Below, in pieces: positions 12,901 through 24,900 of a stretch of 64,000 nt of DNA (position 1 is its first letter; each line of letters opens with the position of its first letter). The stretch spans positions 20,212,001-20,276,000 of the forward strand of contig OZ336871.1 in assembly GCA_965287045.1 (NCBI GenBank). Direction: 5' to 3'. Position numbers and translations under genes: made by a program. The notes beneath the pieces are model-generated. The model was given only the letters and a program-made list of their open reading frames with translations. It searched no databases and was not told the origin of the DNA. This DNA comes from Carcharhinus amblyrhynchos (Eukaryota).

Positions 12901-15900
12901 TCTCCATAATCCTGCCTCAGCTCATCTGAGATTGAATCTCTCATTCTTCCCTTTGTTACCTCGAGACTAGACTATTCCAATGTACTCGTAGCTGCTCTCC
13001 CATACTCTACCCTCTATAAGTTTATAGTCACGCAAAACATCTGTTGCCCATGCGGGCCTTAACTCACATCAAGTGCCTTTCAGTTGTACTTGCCGTCCTC
13101 TGTTGGCTCCCCGTCAGACAACATCTTGATTTTTAAAGCTCCCATCCTTGTTTTCAAATCCCTCCATGACTTTGCCTGCCCCATCTCTGAATCTTCTCCA
13201 GTCCCACCACCTTCCCAAGATATGTATGCTTCCCTAATTCCAGCCTCTTGAACATTCTTAATTTTAACAGCTTTCAGTAGCTTGGACCCCAAGTTCTGAA
13301 TATCATCCTGGCACCTCACCGCCTCGCTACCTCTTCCTTTTAAGACACGCCTTAAACACTACTCTTTGACCAAGCTTTATTTGGCCTGATTGAGGGGGAT
13401 TCTCTGGAGAGTGATGCTGATGGCAACCTCCCCACCCTCCGCCCTAGGTACCCAATGTGGAGGAAGAGAGCAAGCGATGGGAAACTCTGAGAGCAGTGGG
13501 ATCAGAAGATCCCACCATGGACCAATGGAGGACCACCTCAACCCTGACAAAACACACTGCAGGGACGGGGTGGGGTCGAAAAACCTGCTCAATATCTCTT
13601 TATGTAGCTCTGTCATGTTGCGCTTTATCAGTCTCCTGTGAAGCGTGTTCTATTTTGTTAAAGGTGCTGTGTTCATATAAGTTGCTGTTGCAGGTTTATT
13701 CATTACACATGTTGAAGTGTGTGCACAATTATCTTCCTTAGGTGCGGCAAAGTATAGAACTGTCCTGCAGGACATTCAGCCAAAGATTGTGATTGTAGAA
13801 GAGGCGGCTGAAGTGCTAGAGGCTCACATAATCACCACCCTTAGCTCAGCCTGCGAGCATCTCATTTTAATAGGTGATCATCAACAGGTAAGAATTATTG
13901 CAGAAAAATCAGAATGGGGCTCATTTTGGTAAAGAGTTGGTAACCCATTTACATCTCTGCTATTTTCCAACCTCAATCCATGCCAATACATTAGTCCCAA
14001 CCCCATGAGGTCTCATTTTGTTTAATAACGTCATGTGTGGCACCTTATAGAATAGTTTTTGAAAGTGCAAATACAGTACATCCGCAGGTTCCCTATTATC
14101 TACCCTCCTAGTTATATGCTCAAAAATCTCTAAGTACTTTGTTAAACAGCATTACTTTTTCATAAATCTGTGTTGTTTCTGCCTAAGCAAATTATGAATT
14201 TTCATATAAATTTAAGGGCAGCAATTCAGAAGTGTGTTCCCATTCCTTCCAATTTTCCCTTCGCTGCCACTCAGATGATTCAAGTATTCCAACAGGTATA
14301 GTTACTGCAAGAAGACGTTTGACTATATTGACATGGTATTATCCTTGGTTCATTGGGACCATGCTCCCCAAGGAGTTCTAAATTTAGAGGTTCAAATCCC
14401 AGGCCAGAGATTTGAGCCTATATTCAAGGCCAATTCTCCAGTGTGGTACAAAAGGAGTGCTGCACTGTGGGACGTGCTGGCTTCCGGATGCGATGGTAGA
14501 TGATGGTCCAATCTGCTTTCTCAACTGGATGTAAAAGATGGTATTACTTCAAAGAAGAGCAGAGGAATCTATTCCGGTGTCCTTCACAGTATTTATCCCA
14601 CAGCCAACATCACTAAAAACATTATCTGGTCATTTGGGAGTTTGCTCTAACTAGCTACCAAATTTCTTCACACTATGACAGTGACTACGATTTACAAGTA
14701 CTTCATTAGCCGTAGAATACTTTTGGGGTGCCCCGAATTCATGAAACATGTAATGCAGATTTTTTTTTTTGTTCTAGTTTGTACCTGTTCACCTTCAGTG
14801 AGGCAAACCTGAATGGCGCTCTGTGCCCTGATTAAATTAATTTCCTGTTCAGTTTTGAAGATTGGCAAAGGAGAAGTCGCTCGTGCCAATTCACCCGATA
14901 ATCAGTCCCAGCTTACCAAGATCTTGGCAACCTCACTGTGTTATCGCTTTCTAATTTCAGCTCCGCCCAAGCGCAACTGTGTACGAACTTGCGAAAGATT
15001 TCAACCTGGAAGTTTCTTTGTTCGAGCGGCTGATAAACATGAAAGTGGAGTTTGTCCGGCTTGATTATCAAGTGAGTTTCCCTATCAACTTTTTATTTTC
15101 TATTTATTCATGGGATGTGGGCCTTCCTGGCTGGGCCAGCATTTATTGCCCATTCCTGAGGGTGATTAAGAGTCTGTAGGCCAGATCAGGTAAGGCGGCT
15201 GATTTCCTTCCCTAAAGGGCATTAGTGAACCAGATGGGTCTTTGTGACAATTGACAATGGTTTCATGGTCAACTTTCAGATTTTTTTTATTGAATTTAAA
15301 TTTCACCATTAACTGTGTTGGGATTTGACCCCAGGTCCTCAGAGCATTACTCTGGGTCTCTGGATTACTAATCCAGCGACAATACCACTATGCTACTGCC
15401 TCCCCATGGATTCCTGAGAGTCTTATTCATCATTCCATGTCTGCTTCCCTTGAAGTGAAACTACCCTGTTGTTACACCTTTTCTCCTCCCTGCTTTTATT
15501 TCTATCCTTTCTTGCTGAGCTTAAGTTCACTACCTGGAGGGGAGGAAGGAGGGAGAATAGATGTCAGAAAATGAATGGCTTTTTTTTTGGGCCTCTTCCA
15601 CTTATTTGGGATATAAGTCAGAAGATCTGAAATGGAGGCGCCATGTGCCATTGTCTAAATGTTGAAGTTTCCAATATATGTCGTCATTTATCAGAGTCAG
15701 CGGTCTGGGATTTTTCTTGAATCTTTAAAATCCATTTAGCCTTTTGCCCAAATCTTTGGTCATATGACCTAATACAGCCACCTGTTGCTTCACACCCTTT
15801 CCGAGAAGCTTGACCTTTGAAAAGTTAAGCTGGGGTGGAGGGGAAGAAGATTGGTCCAGTGGGAGTTGGTAGGTAGGGGAGAAATTGCACTGGGGTTTTG

Positions 15901-18900
15901 TTGGGGGGGGGGGTGAGGTAGAGGGGAAATTGTGAGGGGGGGTTGATGGGGAGAGAATTTCAATCTGGGGATAGGGAAGATGGCATGGGGTGGGAGCAAT
16001 GGGTGTGGAAGGGCTATTGTGCAAGAATTGTAAGATATAAAGAATACCATGAAAGAACATCTTCAAAGCGGGGTCTGGTTTTACAAAAGAGCTAGGAGCA
16101 GGAATAGGCAATTCAGCCCCACAACCCTATTCAATATGACCATGGCCGATCTTGCCTCTGCCTGAACTTCATTTTCCTGCCATTCCACATCATCCTTCAA
16201 CCCCTAACTAAATAAAAATCTGGCTGTCTCCTCAAATTTACTCAATCTCCCAGCATCCAGTGAATTCCATAGATTCACGACCCTTTGAGAAAGTAGTTTC
16301 CCCTCATCTCTATTTAAAATCTGCTACCCCTTATCCTAAAACTATGACCTCTTGTTTTAAATTGCCCCACAAGAGGAAGCATCGTCTGTACGTCTACTTT
16401 GTCAATATCTATTATCATCTTATGTTCCGCAATTAGTTCTCCTTCCATTGTTCTAAAGTCTAGAGAATATAGGCCTAATCTCACTTTTCATCTCTGGAAT
16501 CAATCTAGTGGATCTTCTCTGAACTGCCTCTGATACCACTACATCCTTCCTCAAATAAGGGGCCTAAAACTGTACTTTTTCTAAAGTTAACTCAGTTTTA
16601 TGTTTGAAATTCAGAAATAGAGGGAGTGATACTCCCATCCCACTGCGCTAATTGTCTAGCGCAGCAGGTTGGGGTTGGCCAGGGTATTGGGGGGGTGGGG
16701 GGGGGGGAGGTGGTGTGGGGTCAGAGCTGGGTAGGATATGGGGGTTGGGGGGGAATGGGCGGTCAGGGCGGAGGGACAGCAGTTTGGGGCTCCTGGGCTG
16801 GCTAACGATTGAGCTGGCCTGCAGTCGGGAGGCTGACAGTTTGGGGCCACTGCGCACATGCAGACGCCCGCTGGTTTCAGCCTTTCCAGCATGAATAGGC
16901 CCTGCCTCCTGAAACATAATGACATTCACGCTGATGGCGTCAGGAGTGCAGAGAGTGTGAGAGATTCTTTCTGAAATCCCACTGAAAAAAAAACGGTGAA
17001 TTACTCCAGTTTTACCGTGAATTTGACACTTAGAATTTTTGTGGGTGAACTCTGACCATAGAAAATAAACTGTGATTGTTTTTGGTGTCTGAATGCTTAA
17101 GTGATATTGCTTATCGCAACTGTTTGAGCGCTGTGGTCTAAGGCAATTGATGACATTAATGTCAGTTCTGACATTTAAAATCCATCGCTTAGCTATCATT
17201 TAAAATGATGATGTTCAATAATGGCTAAATAAGTAGATTCTTAATTCCAGATATTTTTCATTGAATTCAAGTTCCACCATCTGCTGTGGTGGGATTTGAA
17301 CCCAGGTCCCCAGAACATTAGCTGAGTTTCTGGATTAATTATCTACCGATAGTACAACTAAGCCATCACCTCCTCTACCCTCCCATGGTGGGATTTGTCC
17401 CCAGAGGATTAACTAGGACCTCCAGCTTGCCAGTCTAGTAACATCACCAAAACACCACCATCTCCCTTACACTAATAGGGCATTATATTGAAATTCAAGT
17501 ACTCTCAGTGAGAGAGAGAGATTCACCAGCGAACGCAATTCCTGATTGCTGTCCCGTCAAAGCTGACAGATGTATATGTGATGAATTGCAGAGATCAGGC
17601 AGAGGAGTAATGCCAGATCTTTGTAAAAAAACTGGGTACCTAGGCGTAGTGTCATGATCAGGAGAGGGAAGGTACGGAGTCAAAAGAAAGGGGTAGGCAG
17701 GGATTGTCAGTCACAAAGTGTCCTTGTTGCAAAAAATTACATTTTTGACTTATCAGAAAATATATTTGAAAGTCCATCAGGCCAAAACATTATCTCAGTT
17801 TCTTTTTCCACGTAGGTTTCCTGACATATTGATTTTTCCAGCAATTTCTGTTTGTATTGCAGATATAAATGTTTTGCAGAGACCTCTTGTGCGGCAGTCT
17901 AAAACAAGAGGTCATAGCTTTAGGGTAACAGGTAGCAGATTTAAAACAGATGAGGAGAAACTACTTTTCCCAGAGGGAGTGAATCTATGGAATTCACTGG
18001 ATGCCGGGACATTGAATATCACTATAAAGACTCGCATTCTAATCAGTATTCTGTAAACTGTGTGTGCCTTTATATGCTCTGTTTGAGACCAGAACTCTCC
18101 ACTCACCTGATGAAGGGGCAAACCCCGAAAGCTTGTGGGTTTACTATCAAATAAACTTGTTGGACTTTAACCTGGTGTTGTGAGGCTTCTTACTGTGTTT
18201 ACCCCAGTCCAACGCTGGCATCTTCACATCGTGTATTGCAGATTTCCAGAGCTTCAGCTATTTGCTTTTGAGTAGATTTTTTTCCCCTCATTTTTGCAGC
18301 AAGATTTGTGAACTAGCCCCAACTAAATTGAGAATTGATATTTTTTGTATTGAAGATTTAATTGATCCATTCAATAGAAAGCAAACCTAATGATCAATCG
18401 ACTTCTATCTAGTGAGGAAGAGAATTGTGTCTAAGTTCCTCAGGCTGACTCTGGCTAAGGTAGGCGTTCCATTCGTAGACATGCAGGGTAGAATAGGTGT
18501 AGGGTGATGCGGCGGCGCGGGCTCGTTGGGCCGAAGGGCCTGTTTCCCGTGCTGGGTTGTTCTTTGTTCTTTGTTCTTTGTATCCTTGTCAAATATTGCC
18601 TGACCAAAAATATGGTGAAAATTTCCTTTGAAAATATTGTGCCCTGAAATTTTCTTTACTGTTCACAACTGTATATTTTGTTCTGGTAATATTTCTTAGA
18701 TTGTCAAGACTTTTGTGTACCAGTTGTTTTTGGGTGCTTTTTAGGTGTGTAACTCTGTTAATATGTCAGTGCGTATGTATTGTTTTATTTGAAGCAATAT
18801 GCAGAAGTCTCACTGCTATACCTTTCTCTACCTTGTTCAGCATCGAATGCGCCCTGAAATTGCAAAACTGATAACTCCTCACATCTATGACAAGTTGGAA

Positions 18901-21900
18901 AATGTGGAGTCTGTGAAACAGTACGAAAACATCAAGGTAACTTTTACTCTAAACCCTTGAAGCATGTGGTGTCATACTGAGACCCCTGCCCCAGAGGATA
19001 GATGACTGTCGAATCATAGGATCCCTACAGTGTAGAAGGTGACCATTTAGCCCATCAATTCCAAACTCAGGTGACTGTGCAAACTCCATACATTCTCCCC
19101 ATGTCTGCATGGGTTTTTCCGAGTGCTCTGGTTTCCTCTCACGGTTCAAAGATGTGCGGGTTAGGTGGATTGGCCATGCTAAATTGCCTGTTAGTGTCAG
19201 GGTAAGTAGGTAGGATAAATGCATGGGGTTATGGGGCTAGGGTCTGGATGGGATTGTGGTTGGTGCAGACTTGAAGGGCCGAATGGCCTCCTTCTGCGCC
19301 GTAGGGATTCTATGATCCAGGGCGGGATCAAAGTTCAGGGCTTAAATAAAATTAACCAATGTGTCTGGTCAGTGTATGACTGTGCAGGTCTGCAACACAC
19401 TCAGACAGCTCCGTAGTGGTTGTGTCCCCAAGGGAGCATGTTGGAACCGCCAGCCCGCAATTTCCCTTCTCTCAACGCTCAGTCTTTCAAGAACGCATGG
19501 CCATCCAATATCATATCAAAATAACAAGCAAACTTGCACCAACTTCAGGTGTGCCCCAAATGTAAAATTCACTCCTATGTTTTCTACAGTCACTGTTGAT
19601 AGTCTAGTCCTTAGACTACCAAGGCACATTAAAGAGGTGTTAGACACTGGTTTAATCATAATCACACTATAAACACAATTGAGCTGTGGCTCAATTCGAA
19701 GCACTCTAATCTAGGGACCTTGAGCAGAAAATCTCAGCAGATGCAGTACTGAGGGAGTGTCACACTGCCAAGTGTCATCTTTAAGTTGAAATGAATCCAG
19801 ACTCTGGATTCGATCTAAATTTTCTTTTGTCCCAGTGTAAACCCTCCCCTGCCCACCCCCCTATCCCCCGCTGCGCCATTTGTTCTGCTATGAACACAGT
19901 CTGCTATCTTACCTTTCTGCCACTATCAGCATCTACTTCACCCCTTAGCTGTGTCATTAACAGTTCCTTTGTTACAAGTAAAATGCTGGAATCTGAAACA
20001 GAAACAGAAAATGCTGGAAAATCTCAGCAGGTCTGACAGCATTTGTGAAGGGAGAATAGAGCCAAACATTTCGAGTCTGGATGACCCTTTGGCAGAGCAT
20101 CTCTGATGAAGGGTCATCCAGACTCGAAAATTTGTCTCTATTCTCTCTCCACAGATGCTGTCAGACCAGCTGAGATTTTCCAACAGTTCCCCTGTCTTGT
20201 GTCCAAAACATGTTTGTCCAATCTCATAGAGCTCCCTGACCTTCTACTTTGTTCCACCTGCTCCACCCCTTCTTAACCAGTATAAACACATCACATTCTT
20301 CCCTTTAGCTCTGAAAAGAGTTATACAGACTCAAAATATTTAACTCTGTTTCTGTCTCCACAGATGCTGCCAGACCAGCTGAGTTTTTCCTGCATTTTCT
20401 GTGTTTATGTCAGGTTTCCAGCATCTGCAGTACTTTACCTTTTTATCAATAATTAATGATCCGCAAATATTGTGGATTTTGTAACACGCTTTCGTGGGTT
20501 TCATTGCTCATCCCCAGTTACCTTTGAACTGACTGGTTGCTAGGCCATTTCAGTGGGAAGTGAAGGGTTAATACATTCCACGTGCTCATCTCAATGTTGT
20601 GAGGGTTCCCGCCTCTACTATCCTGAGGGGCAGTGAATGCCAGACTATCACTCTCTCTCGGTAAAAAAGGTTTTCCTCAAAGCCCCTGTAAGTCTCCTGC
20701 CCCTTATGTTAAATATATGCCCCCTTATTATTGACCTTGCTTCTAAGGGGAAAGCTTCCTATCAACATTTATCCATGCCCCTCATAATTTTGTGCACCAA
20801 GATTAGCCTTCTCTCTGCTCCAAGGAGAATAACCCCAGCCCAACCAGCCTCTCTTCATAGCTGGCAGACTCCAGCCCAGTCAACACCCTGGTGAATCTCC
20901 TTTGTACCCTTTTCTAGTGCAAACACATCCTTCCCATAGTGTGGCACACAATACTGCAGCCCTAGGCTCCCTTCTGTGCCTCAACTCATAAAGGCAAGTA
21001 CCCCATATGCCTTTTTAACCCCTACCCACCCCGCTTCCTTCAGGGGCATTGGACATGAACACCAAGGTCTCTCTGGTCCTCTGTGCTTCCTATTGTTCAT
21101 TGCTTGCCTTGTTACTCCTCCAAAGAGCTAATCAACTTGTCTCACTCCACTATTTCTCCATATCCCTGCAAATCTTTCTCTTTCAAGTACATATGGCAAG
21201 ATGAGGGGAAACAGTGGCGTAGTGTTAATGTCACCAAACTAGTAATCCAGAGGTTCAGGCCAATGCTCTGGAGACAAGAGTTCACATCCCACCAAGGCAG
21301 CTGGTAGAATTTAAATTCAATCAATAATCATGGAATATCTTCAGTGTAGAAGGAAGCCTATCAAGTCTGCACCTACTCCCCAACAGACTGTCTTACCCAG
21401 GTCCTATCTCTGTAACCCCAGGAATTTACCCCATTGATCCACTTAACTTGCACATCTTTGGATTGTGTGAGGAAACTGGAGCACCCAAAGAAACCCATGC
21501 AGACACAAGGAGAATGTGCAAATTCCACACAGACAGTCACCCAAGGCTGGAATTGAACCTAGATGCCTGGCGCTGTGAGGCAACAGTGCTAACCACTCTG
21601 CCACCATGCCACCCTGGATTTGAACATCTTTTTATTAATGGTGACCATGAAACTATTATCGATTTGTTATAAACACCCAGCTGGTTCGTTCATGTCCTTT
21701 AGGGAAGGAAATCTGCCCCCGTTACCTGGTCTGGCCTACACGTGACCCACAAAAAGTTGTGGTTGGCTCTCTGAAATGATGTGGCAAGCCACTCGAGTTC
21801 AAGGGCAATTGGGAATGTGAAATGAAAACTGATCTTGTCCAGCTCCCGCAAGAGGAAAAGATCATTTTTAAAAGTTTAATTCCTTTTGAATTTGCTTCCA

Positions 21901-24900
21901 CCATGCCTTCAGGTAGCTCATTCCAAATCATTACAACTTGTGATGTAAAAATAATTTTTCACATCTCTCCTCGAGTTCTTCTGTCAAATTCTGGCTAGTG
22001 GCCTCCCTGCCAGTCTAAACACTTACTCTATATCTATTCTATTGAAACCATTTGCACTTTCAACAACAATTAAATTTTTCCTTAACCTTCTCCATTCTCT
22101 TGGGCAGAATCTTGTGCTCTCACTATTGGCACGGTGGCACGAAGAGCATATAATTAAGTGGGGTAATGGCTCATCAGAACCCCACCGCCACCTTGCCTCA
22201 GCCAGAATTATGTTCTGGGTGGGTAGGCCCAGGGTCGAGCTACCCTCCTGTTGCCTGTTGATGCCCTTATGTGGCTAATTAATGACCCTTTAAGATATTC
22301 ATCCTTCAGCTGCTGGTATTTAACAGTGGGCCTGTCACCATGGGTGCACAACAGATGAAACCGTGTGGCCAGTTTGTCGGTGGGGGCCGGGGCAATCAGA
22401 GGTACTCCGTGCCTGAGAAAGGAACACAACATCATGGGTGGGGTGCTGCCAAGAAGCTCGCTCAGTGTGCCATTGCTGCCAGTCCCTAGAAACTCTTCCC
22501 CTGCAACAGCACTCCCTTCCCCCTCATGTTACTTACCTGCGGCCTGGCAAGCTCCACGATCCTGGGGCTCTGGTAGATGGCCTTTCCTGTAGTGGTGCCG
22601 CTAAGCACAAGAACTGCTCTTGATTGGCCAGCATCTCTCAGTACACAAGACTTCTGCCCTCGGGGTCTTGATTCCAGGGGAAGGCCTGCGGCTGGCCTTG
22701 TTGCTGCCTGATTGGCTTGTGGCTTGGTGGATCCTCCCAAAGGGAGGCAATGCAGATGTCCAGCAAGACTACAAGACATCTGGCAACAAGATTCTGCCCC
22801 CTCATCTCCTTTTTATTCCCCCCTCAAGTTACACACCATTGTGACTTGTACATTCATCACCATTCTTTCATAGTCACTTGGTCAAAATGCTGGACCTCCC
22901 TCCTTATAACTGTAACAAGGGTGGCTCAAGAAAGTGGCTCACCTTTTAAAGGACAATTTGAGATGGGCAATAAACGCTGGCCTTGACAGTGACATCCACA
23001 TCCTATGAATGAGTAAAAGATACAACATGAACTCCCTCATCCGTAGTACTATTCTAACAAATCTCCTTTCTAAGGCCTTGATACTTGTCTGATGTAGACT
23101 GTGGACTGATGAAGTTAGCCTTAACATAGAGTCCCTACAGTGCAGAAGGAGGCCATTCGGCCCATCGAGTCTCTACCAACCACAATCCCACCCAGGCCCT
23201 ACACCCACATATTTACACTACTAGTCACCTGACACTAAGTGGCAACTTAGCATGGCCAATCAAACTAAACTGCACATCTTTGGAGTGTGGGAGGAAATTG
23301 GAGCACCTGGAGGAAACCCATGTAGACACGGAGAGAATGTGTATTCTCTGCACAGATGGTGACCCAAGCTGGGAATTGAACCCAGGTCCCTGGTGCTGTG
23401 AGGCAGCAATGCTAACCACTATGCCATTATCTCCCAATCCTAAATTTTAAACTCCCGTTTTAAGTATTAACAACCCTTTCTCTCCCCTTTTAATTAGGGA
23501 ATCTCGACGAATCTCTACTTCATTGATCATGAGCAGCTGGAGAATATGACCAAGGAAGGAAAAAGCTTTCACAACGAACACGAAGCACTTTTTGTGAAAG
23601 CCCTTTGCAATTATCTGATCCAGCAGGGGTACAAGCCATCGCAGATTACCATTCTGACCACCTACTCGGGACAGTTGCTTTACTTGAGGAAGATAATGCC
23701 AAAAAACCAATTTAATGGCGTTCGGGTCTGTGTGGTGGACAAGTATCAAGGGGAAGAGAGTGACATAGTGATCCTGTCGCTCGTTCGAAGCAATGCGCAG
23801 GGCGTGGTGGGGTTTTTGCGGATACCAAACCGCATCTGCGTGGCCCTGTCTCGGGCAAAGAAAGGCTTGTACTGCATCGGCAACATGAAAATGCTATCGA
23901 GAAAAGTCCCGCTGTGGAGGGCGATAGTTGACTGGCTATGCAGTAATGGCAAGATGGGTCCCGCGTTGAGTTTGTGCTGCCAGAACCATCCAAGGAATGG
24001 TACTTCGGTGTCAACAGCTGAGGATTTTGTTCAGGTTCCTGCGGGAGGGTGCTCCTTGCCTTGTACCATACGGCTGGAGTGTGGCCATACTTGCGGCTCT
24101 CCTTGCCATCCCTCCAACCTGGACCATAAGCAGTTTAACGAGTGTAACGTCAAGGTGACCAAAGTCGTCCCCCAGTGTGGTCACAAACAACAGGTGCCCT
24201 GCTCCTCTTCATTGGAAAGATTCGTCTGCCAGGAGCCCTGCCAGAAAACCTTGGATTGTGGGCACCGGTGCGCGCGCCGCTGTGGGGAGACCTGCACCAA
24301 GAAATGCCCGGCAAAGGTCAGGGTCACGTTGAGGTGTGGTCATGAGAGGCAGACGCTGTGCCACCTGCAGAAGGAGAGTGAGATTGCTAATGGCAGGAAT
24401 TTGCTGTGCAACCAGCTGTGCAGGGCACAGCTGGCGTGCGGCCATTCGTGCACGGCTGCCTGCTACGACTGTGCCGGCGGGCGGCTTCACCTGCCCTGCA
24501 GCTCTCCGTGCGAGCGGACGTTGATCTGCACTCACCCGTGCGACGCGTCCTGCTCCAAGGAGTGCCCTCCTTGCGGCCGGGCCTGCGAGAACCGCTGCTC
24601 GCATGACAAGTGCCCGAAGCTGTGCGGCGAGGCCTGCGAGCCCTGCCAGCAGCCCTGCGAGTGGGCCTGCCCGCACTACTGCTGCACCAGGCTGTGCCAC
24701 CAGCCTTGCAACCGGAAGCGCTGCAACCAGCCGTGCCCCCAGACGCTCGAGTGTGGGCACCCGTGCATCGGCCTGTGCGGGGAGCTGTGCCCCAACAAGT
24801 GCCGTGTGTGCCACGAGGATGAAGTCACTGAGATATTCTTCGGAAAGGAGGACGAAGCTCAAACCAAGTTTGTGCAGCTGGAAGATTGCGGTCACATCTT

